This document shows, piece by piece, positions 1-8,871 of a stretch of DNA of 64,000 nt. Each line of letters opens with the position of its first letter. The stretch's first letter is position 1. The DNA comes from an uncultured Gemmatimonadota bacterium (GTDB lineage: Bacteria; Gemmatimonadota; Gemmatimonadetes; Palauibacterales; Palauibacteraceae): NCBI GenBank assembly GCA_964465015.1, contig CAYXHP010000148.1:2072-66071 (forward strand). Direction: 5' to 3'. The notes below the pieces were generated by a model. That model was not told the DNA's origin. It saw only the letters and a program-made list of their open reading frames with translations, and searched no databases. Position numbers and translations under genes: made by a program.

Positions 1-566
1 AGCGCGTCCTGGACGCCCTCCGAGGGCTCGACGGGGCGCGTGACATCCCGCTCCAGCGCCTCGCGAGGCACAGGGAAGCCCTCCCGGTGCAGGTGGGCCA
101 GGAAGGCGTCCCACAGCGTCGGGCCCGCCAGGCGGCGCTCCAGCCGCGCGCGGGCCTCGCTCCCTTCCGGATAGCGCTCCAGGATCAGGGGCCGCTTGAG
201 CCCGAGCGCGAACTCGAGCTCCCGGAACTGGAACGACTCCAGCCCGCTGGCCTGGTCCAGCCGGTCCCGGAAGGTGAGGAACTCGCGCGGGGTCATCGTC
301 TCCAGGATGTCGATCTGTCCCACCATGACCTTGAGGATGGTGAGGATCCGCTTCATGGCGTGGAGCGCCACGGGCAGGTCGTCGCGGTCCAGGATCGCCC
401 GCACGTAGTCCAGCTCGTGCAGCACCTCCTTGAACCACAGCTCGTACACCTGGTGGATGACGATGAACAACATCTCGTCGTGCTCCCCGGCCCGCAGGCG
501 CTGCAGCGAGAGGAGCTCGTCCAGGTGCAGGTAGTCGGCGTAGGTCAGGTAGCGTTCCGGCTCCAC
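1..566 (-). CDS. kynA: Tryptophan 2,3-dioxygenase, N-terminal part. The gene runs off the window start. GTG start at 566..564, 1 nt after the stop of the upstream gene.
   Basis: Reverse-strand translation gives VEPERYLTYADYLHLDELLSLQRLRAGEHDEMLFIVIHQVYELWFKEVLHEL...TMTPREFLTFRDRLDQASGLESFQFRELEFALGLK. This matches the conserved HDEMLFI.QHQ..ELW and TP.EF..FRD..SGFQS.QFR..E blocks of bacterial tryptophan 2,3-dioxygenase. The + strand ORFs here (87..740 and others) are low-complexity antisense frames. Confidence 0.85.
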   Translation of the reverse strand, partial: MEPERYLTYADYLHLDELLSLQRLRAGEHDEMLFIVIHQVYELWFKEVLHELDYVRAILDRDDLPVALHAMKRILTILKVMVGQIDILETMTPREFLTFRDRLDQASGLESFQFRELEFALGLKRPLILERYPEGSEARARLERRLAGPTLWDAFLAHLHREGFPVPREALERDVTRPVEPSEGVQDA

Positions 567-567
567 G

Positions 568-2847
568 TCAGTAGCCCCATTCGAAGCGAGGCGTGTAGTC
601 GTCCAGCGTCGAGTACGGCTTCGGCCACGGCAGGTCGTAGCCGAGCGCGTACGCGGCGTGGCGCGTCCAGTAAGGCTCCCACAGGTGGGCCCGGGCCAGG
701 CAGCACAGGTCCGCCCGGCCGGCGGCCAGGATCGTGTTGACGTCCATGTAGGAGGAGATGTTGCCCACCGCCATGGTGTGGATGCCGACCTCGTGCCGGA
801 TCCGGTCGGCGAAGGGCGTCTGGAACTGGCGCCCGTAGCGAGGCTTCTGCCATGGCACCGTCTGGCCGGCCGAGACGTCCACGATGTCGCCGCCCGCCTC
901 CGCGACCCGGCGTGCCACCTCCACCGCGTCGTCGGCGGTCATCCCCCCCGGGGCCCAGTCCACCGCGGAGATCCGGACCGAGATCGGCCGCTCCTCGGGC
1001 CACACCGCCCGCACGGCGCTCAGCACCTCGAGCGGGTAGCGCATCCGGTTCTCGAGCTCGCCCCCGTACTCGTCCTCGCGCTCGTTGGTGAGGGGGGAGA
1101 TGAAGCTGGCCAGGAGGTAGCCGTGCGCGAAGTGGATCTCTAGGAGGTCGAAGCCGGCCTCCACGGCCATCTCGGCCGCGCGGACGTACTCGCGCAGCAC
1201 CCGGTCCATGTCGGCTCGGTCCATGGGTCGGGGGACCGGATTCTCGGGCTTCCAGGGAAGGGGAGACGGGGCCAGCACCTCCCAGCCGTCCTCCTCCAGC
1301 GGCTCCACGTCCCCTTCCCAGGAGAGCTTCGTCGCGCCCTTGCGGCCCGCGTGCCCGAGCTGGAGGCCGATCCTGGCCGAGCTCCGGTCGTGCACGAAGT
1401 CGACGATCCGCTTCCACGCGGGAACGTGCTCGGGGAGGTACATGCCCGTGCACCCCGGCGAGATCCGTCCCTGGGCGCTGACGTTCGTCATCTCGCTCAT
1501 CACGAGGCCCGCGCCGCCCACCGCCCGGCTCCCCAGGTGCACCAGGTGCCAGTCGTCGGGTGTCCCGTCCACGGCCGAGTACTGGCACATGGCCGACACG
1601 ACCACGCGGTTCTCGAGCACGAGACCTCGAAGCCGGAACGGGGTGAACATCGGCGGGGGCGGCGGATCCGTCCGGATGGCGACGCCCGACTGCTCCGCGG
1701 CCCGGCCGGCGAACCAGCGGTCCACATCCGCGGTGAATGTCGGGTCGCGCATCCGCAGGTCCTCGTGCGTGATGCGGAGGCTCCGGGTGAGGAGCCCGAA
1801 AGCGAACTGGAGCGGCTCGTCGTCCATGTAGCGCTCGGTGCCCTCGAACCATTCCAGGCTGGCGCGGGCGGCGCGCTGCAGGCTCTCGACGTCGGGCCGC
1901 CGCGCCTCCTCGTAGGCCGGGAGCGCACGGCACGGCTGGTTCCCGTGCGCGGTCAGCGCATCCCGGAGCGCGATGGCATCGATCATGGCGATGCGCGTAC
2001 CCGAGCCCACCGAGAAGTGGGCGGTGTGCGCCGCGTCCCCGATGAGCACCGTGTTCCCGTGCCACCATCGACCGGTGCGCAGGGTCGGAAAGTGCCGCCA
2101 GATGGAGCGGTTCCGGATGAGCGGGTGCCCCTCGAGCTCCTCCTCGAACAGGTCGGCGCAGAAGGCGGCGGCCGCCTCTTCGTCGTCCTCCGGCAGGCCC
2201 GTGGCCGCCCACGTCTCATCGCGCGCCTCGACGATGAAGGTCGAGTGCGCCTTCCCGTCCCTGGTCGGCTCGTACTGGTAGGCGTGCACGCGCCACAGTC
2301 CGTGCCGGTCCTCGCGGAAGTAGAACGTGAAGGCCCGGAAGGGACGCGTCGTGCCGAGCCACACGAAGCGGTTGGGCCGGAGGTCGATGGTCGGCTGGTA
2401 ACGCTCCGGGTGGAGCCCGCGGACCGTGCTGTTCACCCCGTCGGCCGCCACGAGGAGGTCGGCCTCCTCCCACGGCGAGAGATCGGTGACGTCGACGCCG
2501 TGCCGGAGGTCCACGCCCAGCTCGCGAGCCCGGGCCGAGAGGATCTCGAGCAGGGTCGAGCGGGCGAGGCCCGAGAAGCCGTGTCCGGTGGAGCGCAGGC
2601 ACGCCCCCCGGTAGTGGATGTCGATGTCGTCCCAGTGGTGGAAGTGGCGGGTGATCTCCGCGTAGCTGGTCGGGTCGGCGGCGGCGATCTCCTCCAGCGT
2701 GGCATCCGAGAACACGACCCCGAAGCCGTAGGTGGCGCCGGGCGGGTTGCGCTCCAGCACCGTGACCTCGTGCGTCTCGTCCTGGAGCCGCATGAGGATG
2801 GAGAAGAAGAGCCCGGCGGGCCCGCCCCCGACGCAGACGATCCTCAC
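568..2847 (-). CDS. Bifunctional flavoprotein with an N-terminal FAD-dependent aromatic monooxygenase domain and a C-terminal Old Yellow Enzyme-type FMN reductase. Family of 2-aminobenzoyl-CoA monooxygenase/reductase and salicylyl-CoA 5-hydroxylase. GTG start at 2847..2845.
   Basis: The N-terminal part reads [15 protein letters not shown] (GxGxxG Rossmann) ...[16 protein letters not shown]. The C-terminal part reads [13 protein letters not shown]...[32 protein letters not shown]...VRISAVDW, an OYE TIM-barrel. It is about 760 aa. The 1252-aa ORF on the track is this gene plus upstream out-of-frame junk. GTGA overlap with the upstream ACAD stop. Confidence 0.85.
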   Translation of the reverse strand: MRIVCVGGGPAGLFFSILMRLQDETHEVTVLERNPPGATYGFGVVFSDATLEEIAAADPTSYAEITRHFHHWDDIDIHYRGACLRSTGHGFSGLARSTLLEILSARARELGVDLRHGVDVTDLSPWEEADLLVAADGVNSTVRGLHPERYQPTIDLRPNRFVWLGTTRPFRAFTFYFREDRHGLWRVHAYQYEPTRDGKAHSTFIVEARDETWAATGLPEDDEEAAAAFCADLFEEELEGHPLIRNRSIWRHFPTLRTGRWWHGNTVLIGDAAHTAHFSVGSGTRIAMIDAIALRDALTAHGNQPCRALPAYEEARRPDVESLQRAARASLEWFEGTERYMDDEPLQFAFGLLTRSLRITHEDLRMRDPTFTADVDRWFAGRAAEQSGVAIRTDPPPPPMFTPFRLRGLVLENRVVVSAMCQYSAVDGTPDDWHLVHLGSRAVGGAGLVMSEMTNVSAQGRISPGCTGMYLPEHVPAWKRIVDFVHDRSSARIGLQLGHAGRKGATKLSWEGDVEPLEEDGWEVLAPSPLPWKPENPVPRPMDRADMDRVLREYVRAAEMAVEAGFDLLEIHFAHGYLLASFISPLTNEREDEYGGELENRMRYPLEVLSAVRAVWPEERPISVRISAVDWAPGGMTADDAVEVARRVAEAGGDIVDVSAGQTVPWQKPRYGRQFQTPFADRIRHEVGIHTMAVGNISSYMDVNTILAAGRADLCCLARAHLWEPYWTRHAAYALGYDLPWPKPYSTLDDYTPRFEWGY

Positions 2848-4154
2848 GCCGGCTCCCCGGCCGCGGCGCCGCCGGCGCGCGGGCTCACCCGTTTGGCCCC
2901 GGTACCGTCCGGGCCCGTCTCCTCGGCCCCGCCGCCACGCCGGGTCGCCTCCACCAGGTGGCCCGCGATGATGAGGCGCTGGATCTCCGTGGTCCCCTCG
3001 TAGATCCGTAGCGCCCGCACCGACCGGTACAGCCGGTCCACCGGGTGGTCGGCCAGGACGCCGCGCCCTCCCAGGATCTGGACGGCTTCGTCCACGATCC
3101 TCTGCGCCGCCTCGGTCGCGTGCGCCTTGGCCATGGCCGACTCGACCGTGGTCCGCTCGGCGCCGCCGTCCCGCTCCCACGCGGCCCGGTAGGTGAGGAG
3201 ACGCGCGGCCGTCAGCTCGGTGGACATGCGGGCGAGCTTGTCCTGGACGAGCTGGAAATCGGCCAGCGGTCGACCGAACTGGCGGCGGGAGACGGCGTGG
3301 AAGAGGGCTTCCCCCAGCGCCCGTGCCGCCATGCCGCAGGCGGCGGCCGCCACCGTGGGTCGAAGCCGGTCCAACGTGGCGAGGCCGATCCCGAGCCCCC
3401 GGCCCTCCTCGCCGATGCGGGCCGCGGCCGGGACCCGGCAGCCGTCGAGCTCGATCTCGCCGAGCGGGTGAGGGGAGGAGAGGACCTGCGGCCCGGCGAA
3501 CCGGAGGCCGGGGGCCCCGGCCGGGACCACGAAGGCCGACACGCCCCGCCGCCCCGCCCCCGGGTCCGTGGCCGCGAACACCACGTAGAAGTCCGCGATC
3601 CCCGCGTTCGAGATGAACGCCTTGCGGCCGTCCAGGACGTAGTCGTCCCCGTCGCGAACGGCCCGCGTGGTCAGCGAGGCCACGTCGGACCCCGCCTCCG
3701 GCTCGGTCATGGCGAAGGCGCCCATGGCCCGCCCCCGCACCGCCGGTCCCAGCCACCGCTGGCGCGGCTCGCACTCGCCGGCCAGCACCAGGGGAGTCGC
3801 GGCCAGTCCCTGGAGGGCGAACACCGCGTCGGCGAGCGGGGAGGCGCCGGCGAGCGCCTCGCGCACGAGGCAGCAGGCCCGGAAATCCTGCGCCGCGATC
3901 GGACCCAGCCAGCCCCCGTCGCCGAGGAGCTCGAGCAGGTCGCGGGCCTCGCGGCGCGCCGCCGCGTCGTCGGCCGGCTCGGGCCTCGACGCGATCTCGC
4001 GCGCGCACATCCTTGATGCCTTCCCGGCCAGCTCGAGGTGACGCTTCTCCAGGAAGGCGCGTACCGGGGATGGGTCGGGGATCGCCGTTTCGCTCCCGAT
4101 GCCGGTGCCCCCTCCCACGTTCGCCGGCCGGCCGCGGAGCTTGTCGTCGGTCAT
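2844..4154 (-). CDS. Acyl-CoA dehydrogenase
   Basis: Motifs [23 protein letters not shown] and [16 protein letters not shown]. The true ATG is at 4154..4152 (MTDDKLRG...) and overlaps the stop of the upstream hydratase as ATGA. The track ORF extends upstream as Arg/Pro junk. Confidence 0.85.
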   Translation of the reverse strand: MTDDKLRGRPANVGGGTGIGSETAIPDPSPVRAFLEKRHLELAGKASRMCAREIASRPEPADDAAARREARDLLELLGDGGWLGPIAAQDFRACCLVREALAGASPLADAVFALQGLAATPLVLAGECEPRQRWLGPAVRGRAMGAFAMTEPEAGSDVASLTTRAVRDGDDYVLDGRKAFISNAGIADFYVVFAATDPGAGRRGVSAFVVPAGAPGLRFAGPQVLSSPHPLGEIELDGCRVPAAARIGEEGRGLGIGLATLDRLRPTVAAAACGMAARALGEALFHAVSRRQFGRPLADFQLVQDKLARMSTELTAARLLTYRAAWERDGGAERTTVESAMAKAHATEAAQRIVDEAVQILGGRGVLADHPVDRLYRSVRALRIYEGTTEIQRLIIAGHLVEATRRGGGAEETGPDGTGAKRVSPRAGGAAAGEPA

Positions 4155-4981
4155 TCGAACCGCGTCTCCCGCTTCTCCACGAAGGCCTCGTAGGACTCGC
4201 GGAAGTTGGGATTCTGCATGCACACGGCCTGGACCTTGGCCTCCGCTTCGAGCGCGCTGTCCAGGTCCAGGATCGCTTCCCGGTTGAGCGCGTCCTTGGT
4301 GACCTCGAGGGCGAAGGAGGGCCCACGGGCGAGCTTCTCGGCCAGCTCGCGCGCTTCGCCGACCACCCGGTCGGCCGGGACGACGCGGTTGTAGAGGCCG
4401 ATGCGGTGCGCCTCGGCGGCGTCGATGAAATCGCCGGTCATGAGGAGCTCGGTGGCCCGGCCCAGGCCCACGATCCGCGGCAGGAGCCACGAGGCGCCCA
4501 TGTCGGCCCCGGAGAGCCCAACCCGGGTGAACAGGAAGGCGATCTTCGCGGTCTCGGACGCGATGCGGAGGTCGCACGCCGACGCGATGACCGCCCCGGC
4601 CCCGGCCACGGTCCCGTTCAGGGCGGCCACGACCGGCCGCCGGCAGGCCCGGATCGAGCCGATGAGGTCGCAGGTGAGGCGCGTGAAGGCGAGGAGGCCC
4701 TGGAAGTCACGCTCGAACAGGCGTCCGATGATGTCCTCCACGTCCCCTCCGGAGCAGAAGCCCCGGCCGCGGCCGGTGAGGAGGACGGACCGCACGCCGG
4801 GCTCCGTGTCCAGCGCCCGGAAGGCGTCCCGCAGCTCCTCGTACACCTCGAACGTGAGGGCGTTGAGCCGCTCGGGGCGATTCAGCGTGATCGTGGCCAC
4901 CGAGGTGGCCTCGTCGTGCTCGTACAGGAAGGACGTGGGTTCGATGGGCATCCGGCTCTCCGGTTCAGGATCCGTCCCCAT
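4151..4981 (-). CDS. Enoyl-CoA hydratase/isomerase (crotonase fold). Alternative start at 4951 (MPIEPTSF...).
   Basis: [12 protein letters not shown]...[12 protein letters not shown] (oxyanion-hole motif) ...[12 protein letters not shown]...[17 protein letters not shown]. Confidence 0.85.
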   Translation of the reverse strand: MGTDPEPESRMPIEPTSFLYEHDEATSVATITLNRPERLNALTFEVYEELRDAFRALDTEPGVRSVLLTGRGRGFCSGGDVEDIIGRLFERDFQGLLAFTRLTCDLIGSIRACRRPVVAALNGTVAGAGAVIASACDLRIASETAKIAFLFTRVGLSGADMGASWLLPRIVGLGRATELLMTGDFIDAAEAHRIGLYNRVVPADRVVGEARELAEKLARGPSFALEVTKDALNREAILDLDSALEAEAKVQAVCMQNPNFRESYEAFVEKRETRFE

Positions 4982-5420
4982 GGGTGGTCCGGGGCGGTGG
5001 CGCGGTGGCGGCTTCCCCGGGCGGCAGCACGGCGGTGGCCTCGATCTCGATCACCGCTCCCTCGTCGACGAGGCCGGTGACCTCCACCACGGCCATGGCC
5101 GGGTAGTGCCGGCCCATGAGCTCGCGCCACGTGGCTCCGAGCGGCCCGAGGGAGGCCCGGTATTCGTCGAGGTCCGTCACGTAGACGGTCATGCGTCCGA
5201 TGTGGGTCGGCCCTCCGCCGGCCTCGCCGACGACCGCCAGGACGTGGGACAGGGCACCGCGAAACTGGGCGGCGAGCCCTTCGCCGCGGATGCGGCCGTC
5301 CGCATCCCGGTCCGTCTGTCCCGCCACGAACACGAGGCGTCCGCCCGCCGGGGCCACCAGACCGTTGTTCCAGCCGCGGGGCTCCCCGAGCGCCTCCGGG
5401 TTCACGATCCGGAAGCTCAC
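4965..5420 (-). CDS. ridA: RidA/YjgF/TdcF-family protein (reactive-intermediate enamine/imine deaminase). GTG start at 5420.
   Basis: VSFRIVNPEALGEPRGWNNGLVAPAGGRLVFVAGQTDRDADGRI...MTVYVTDLDEY...PAMAVVEVTGLVDEGAVIEIEATAVL. It has a ~19 aa Pro/Ala-rich C-terminal tail. GTGA overlap with the stop of the upstream SDR. Confidence 0.8.
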   Translation of the reverse strand: MSFRIVNPEALGEPRGWNNGLVAPAGGRLVFVAGQTDRDADGRIRGEGLAAQFRGALSHVLAVVGEAGGGPTHIGRMTVYVTDLDEYRASLGPLGATWRELMGRHYPAMAVVEVTGLVDEGAVIEIEATAVLPPGEAATAPPPRTTHGDGS

Positions 5421-6235
5421 GCGAGGAGCTCTCCGCCGTCCATCACGATCGCCTGGCCGTTGATGCCCCGGGCGCCCTCGCCGCACAGCCACAGCGCGGC
5501 GTCGGCCACCTCCTCCGGCTCGATGAGGCGGCCCTGGGGGTTCATGGCCACGATCGCCTGCATCGCCTCCTCCTGGGAACGTCCCGTCTTGAGGGCGACG
5601 TTTCGGGCCGAGGCCAACGTCATCTCCGTGCTCACGTAGCCCGGACACAGCGCGTTGACCGTGACGCCCCGGCCGGCCACCTCGGCGGCCGCGCAGCGCG
5701 CGAGGCCGAGCACCGCGTGCTTGGAAGCGGCGTACGCCGCGGTGTAGCGGGCCCCGGTCAGGCCGGCCACGGAGGCCACGTACACCAGCCGTCCCCAGCC
5801 GCGCTCGGCCATGGAGGGCAGGAAGGCCCGCGTGCACAGGAAGGAGCCGGTCGCGTTCACCTCCAGCACCCGGCGCCACTCCTCGAGCTCCAGGCTGCGG
5901 ATCGGCGCGGCGGAGGCGATCCCGGCGGCATGGACCAGGATGTCGGCCGGACCGAGCTCCGCCCCGGTTCTCTCGGCCAGGGCGCCGACCTGGACGGCGT
6001 CCGACACGTCGCACGGGACCGGGGTCGCGCGCCCCCCGGCGGCGCGGATCTCCTCCGCCACGGCCTCGATCTCGCTCGCGCTGCGGGCGCTCACCACGAC
6101 CGCCGCTCCCGCCGCGGCCAGCCGACGTGCGGCGGCCGCCCCGATCCCCCGTCCCCCACCGGTGACGACCGCGATGCGGCCCTCGAGCGGGGTGGCCGCG
6201 CCGCGGCCCGCTTCGGCGGCGCCACGGGCCGTCAC
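5417..6235 (-). CDS. SDR-family oxidoreductase (FabG-like), canonical active site. GTG start at 6235.
   Basis: Motifs RIAVVTGGGRGIGAA, NATGSF and YAASKHAV (YxxxK) ...CPGYVST. GTGA overlap with the creatininase-family stop. Confidence 0.85.
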   Translation of the reverse strand: MTARGAAEAGRGAATPLEGRIAVVTGGGRGIGAAAARRLAAAGAAVVVSARSASEIEAVAEEIRAAGGRATPVPCDVSDAVQVGALAERTGAELGPADILVHAAGIASAAPIRSLELEEWRRVLEVNATGSFLCTRAFLPSMAERGWGRLVYVASVAGLTGARYTAAYAASKHAVLGLARCAAAEVAGRGVTVNALCPGYVSTEMTLASARNVALKTGRSQEEAMQAIVAMNPQGRLIEPEEVADAALWLCGEGARGINGQAIVMDGGELLA

Positions 6236-7005
6236 GCCGTCCTCCCGGAGCGGCCGGGGAGCGCCTCCAGGACCGCCTCGGCCAGGATCTCGCCCAGGAC
6301 CCGGATCGTCTCGCTTCCCTCCCCGGCCGAGGCGTCGGCCGGGGAGCCGCAGTACGCCCGGTCCATGCCGGCCTCCTCGAAGCTGGTCTTCCCCTGCCCG
6401 ATGGCCGCGGAGAGCGAGACCGGGACCGGGGAGAGGCTCCGCCGCACCTCCTCGCGGACCAGCTCGGGACGGGCGGCCAGCACCACCGACGCCTCGAAGC
6501 GGCCCGCGTGGCACTCCCCGCTCCGGAACTCCTCCCCCAGGCGTTCGGCCCAGCGGCGCGTGGCGAGGTCGGGGAAGACCGGGACCAGGAGGCCCCGCGC
6601 CTCGATCTCCCGCGCCGCCTCGCGCAGCGAGCCCCGGTGCCCGGGATCCACGTGGGGGCTCGCCAGTCCCAGGCACCCGACCCCGTGCCGACCCAGGCTG
6701 GCGGCCACGTCCACCACGAGCGCGGTCACGGTCTCGGGACGCACGTCGATCGTCCCCGGGAAGGCGGCGGCGAAGCCCGCCGCCGTGTACGGAAGGGTGG
6801 GGAGGAGGAGCACCTCGAGGCCCCTGTCGGACAGGCGCCGGGCCGCGTCCGCGACCATGGCCTCCGCCATGATCCCGTCCGTGGCCAGGGGGAGGTGTGG
6901 TCCGTGCGCCTCGAGGGCGCCCACGGGGAGCAGGGCGACGGTGACCTCCGGGTCGAGCGACCCCAGCTCCTCCCAGGTGCACCCGGACAGCTCGCGTACG
7001 GCCAT
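6232..7005 (-). CDS. Creatininase / creatinine-amidohydrolase-family metal hydrolase. ATG at 7005; alternative GTG at 7053.
   Basis: ALLPVGALEAHGPHLPLATD...HGVGCLGLASPHVDPGHRG...ECHAGRFE. First gene of the minus-strand operon. Confidence 0.75.
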   Translation of the reverse strand: MAVRELSGCTWEELGSLDPEVTVALLPVGALEAHGPHLPLATDGIMAEAMVADAARRLSDRGLEVLLLPTLPYTAAGFAAAFPGTIDVRPETVTALVVDVAASLGRHGVGCLGLASPHVDPGHRGSLREAAREIEARGLLVPVFPDLATRRWAERLGEEFRSGECHAGRFEASVVLAARPELVREEVRRSLSPVPVSLSAAIGQGKTSFEEAGMDRAYCGSPADASAGEGSETIRVLGEILAEAVLEALPGRSGRTA

Positions 7006-7097
7006 GGTCCTCCGGTCGGGGGGAGCCTCCTGGACGGCCCACCGGGCCGCCACCGTCGAGTGTTGAGTAATGTTAGCGTGAGGGCGACATTCCGCAC
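7006..7097. promoter_or_regulatory. Divergent intergenic region with an AT-rich core (gagtgttgagtaatgttagcgtga) between the catabolic operon and the aryl-CoA ligase gene.
   Basis: It is 92 nt, the only AT-rich patch in a ~70% GC neighbourhood, and is flanked by divergent start codons. Confidence 0.4.
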
Positions 7098-8774
7098 ATG
7101 CCTCGATCCGAGACCGACGCGCTGGACGCCACCCGCTCCGTGGACGTGCCCTTGCGTCCGCCCGAGCGGTTCAACATCGCCGACTACTTCCTGGATGACC
7201 GCGTGCGGGAGGGCCTCGGCGAGCGCACCGCGCTGATCACCGACCGCGGAACCTACAGCTACGCGGACGTCCAGGCCCTGGCCAACCGCTTCGCCCACGT
7301 CCTGGTGCGGGCCGGCGTCGAGCCCGAGCAGCGCGTCCTCCTGGCGCTTCCAGACGGCGCCGAGCTCGTGGCGGCGCTGTTCGCCGTACTCAAGGTCGGG
7401 GCGGTGGCGGCGCTGGTGAATCCCGGGCTGTCGGCCGAGGAGATCGCGTACTTCCTGGGCTACACGCGGGCCGTGGTCCTGGTGACGCACGCCGGGAGCG
7501 TGGACACGTTCCGGGAAGCCCGCCGCCGCGCCCGGGCCGTCGACCCCGACTTCCTCAAGGAGGTGCTCGTCGTCGGGGACCCGGCCTTCGACGCGATCCT
7601 CGCGGAGATGCCCGACGCCTTCGAGAGCTTCCCCACCCACCGTGATGACGCGGCCATCTGGCTGTTCTCGGGCGGGACGACGGGGCGGCCCAAGGCCGCG
7701 GTCCAGACCCACACCTCCTACGCCAACGCTTCGGCCTGCTACGGCCGGCACGTGGTGGGCTACGGACCCGAAGACCTGACGATCTCGGTCCCCAAGCTCT
7801 ACTTCGGCTACGCGATGGGGGCCAACCTGTTCTTCCCGTTCGCCGTCGGCGCCACCTCCGTCCTGTTCCCCGAGCGCTGCACCTCGGAGCGGCTGTTCGA
7901 CCTCATCGAGCACCATCGGCCCACCGTGCTGGTGAACGTGCCCACCATGGTGAACCACCTGGTGAGCGACCCCGGCGCGCCCGGGCGCGATCTCTCCTCC
8001 CTCCGGGTTTCCACCTCGGCCGGCGAGGCGCTCCCGGTGGACCTCCACCGTCGCTGGGACGAGCTGTTCGGCGTCGAGCTCCTGGACGGTCTCGGCACGG
8101 CCGAGATGTGGCACATCTTCCTCTCGAACCGGCGGGGCGATGTCCGGCCGGGGACGTTGGGAAAGGCGGTGCCGGGCTACGAGATCCGCGTGTGCGACGA
8201 AGAAGGGCGGGAGCTGCCGGCGGGCGATACGGGGTGGCTGTGGGTGCGCGGAAACTCGCGCGCCATCGGCTACTGGCAGCGCATGGAGGAGTCCCGCCGC
8301 GCCTTCCGCGGCGAGTGGTACGCCTCCAGCGACATGGTCCGGCTGGACGAGGACGGCTACGTGGTCTACTGCGGACGCGGTGACGACATGCTCAAGGTCT
8401 CGGGAAAGTGGCTGTCCCCCAAGGAGGTGGAGGACTGCCTCGTGGAGCATTCCCGGGTGCGCGAGGCGGTGGTCGTCGGCGCGACGAACGCGGCGGGACT
8501 CACGAAGCCGTACGCGTTCGTGGTGCCGGCGCCGCCGGTCCCGGAGACCGAGGGCGGCGCGGCGGGATCCGGTGGGGGCCAGACCGGCGGGGCATCGGCG
8601 GCGGACTCGGCGACGGACCTCGCGGCCGTCCTGCAGGCCTGGGTGAAGGAGCGGCTCGCCCCCTACAAGTACCCGCGCCGCGTGCTCCTGGTGGACGACC
8701 TCCCCCGCACGCACCTGGGAAAGGTGGACCGGGGGGAGATGCGCCGGGTCGCCGAGGCGCTGGGCGAGGACTGA
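7098..8774 (+). CDS. AMP-forming aryl-CoA ligase of the benzoate-CoA ligase / 2-aminobenzoate-CoA ligase family
   Basis: Motifs NIADYFLDDRVREGLGERTALI, LFSGGTTGRPKAAVQTH, YFGYAMGAN, GDMLKVSGKWLSPKEVE and YKYPRRV...LPRTHLGK. Confidence 0.85.
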   Translation: MPRSETDALDATRSVDVPLRPPERFNIADYFLDDRVREGLGERTALITDRGTYSYADVQALANRFAHVLVRAGVEPEQRVLLALPDGAELVAALFAVLKVGAVAALVNPGLSAEEIAYFLGYTRAVVLVTHAGSVDTFREARRRARAVDPDFLKEVLVVGDPAFDAILAEMPDAFESFPTHRDDAAIWLFSGGTTGRPKAAVQTHTSYANASACYGRHVVGYGPEDLTISVPKLYFGYAMGANLFFPFAVGATSVLFPERCTSERLFDLIEHHRPTVLVNVPTMVNHLVSDPGAPGRDLSSLRVSTSAGEALPVDLHRRWDELFGVELLDGLGTAEMWHIFLSNRRGDVRPGTLGKAVPGYEIRVCDEEGRELPAGDTGWLWVRGNSRAIGYWQRMEESRRAFRGEWYASSDMVRLDEDGYVVYCGRGDDMLKVSGKWLSPKEVEDCLVEHSRVREAVVVGATNAAGLTKPYAFVVPAPPVPETEGGAAGSGGGQTGGASAADSATDLAAVLQAWVKERLAPYKYPRRVLLVDDLPRTHLGKVDRGEMRRVAEALGED

Positions 8775-8828
8775 CGGCCCCCGGGCGGTTGACGGCCGCG
8801 GCGCCGGGGGCAGGCGCCCGCAGGGTCC

Positions 8829-8852
8829 GGTGCCCGGCGATCGCCGGGCACC
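8829..8852. terminator. Perfect 24-nt palindrome (GGTGCCCGGCGATCGCCGGGCACC) between convergent genes. A second GC hairpin lies at about 8776..8815.
   Basis: Read directly from the sequence. It sits between the ligase stop (8774) and the ilvE stop (8872). Confidence 0.5.
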
Positions 8853-8871
8853 ATGGGGGCGATTGGCGGCC

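Noticed and set aside
87-740. 217-aa plus-strand ORF at the window start
   Set aside because: It is antisense to the clearly recognisable kynA coding sequence, and its composition (Q/L/E/R-rich) is a mirror artefact.
545-2212. 555-aa minus-strand ORF rich in Arg/Gly/Pro
   Set aside because: It overlaps the flavoprotein gene in another frame. It is low complexity and has no motifs, a typical high-GC shadow ORF.
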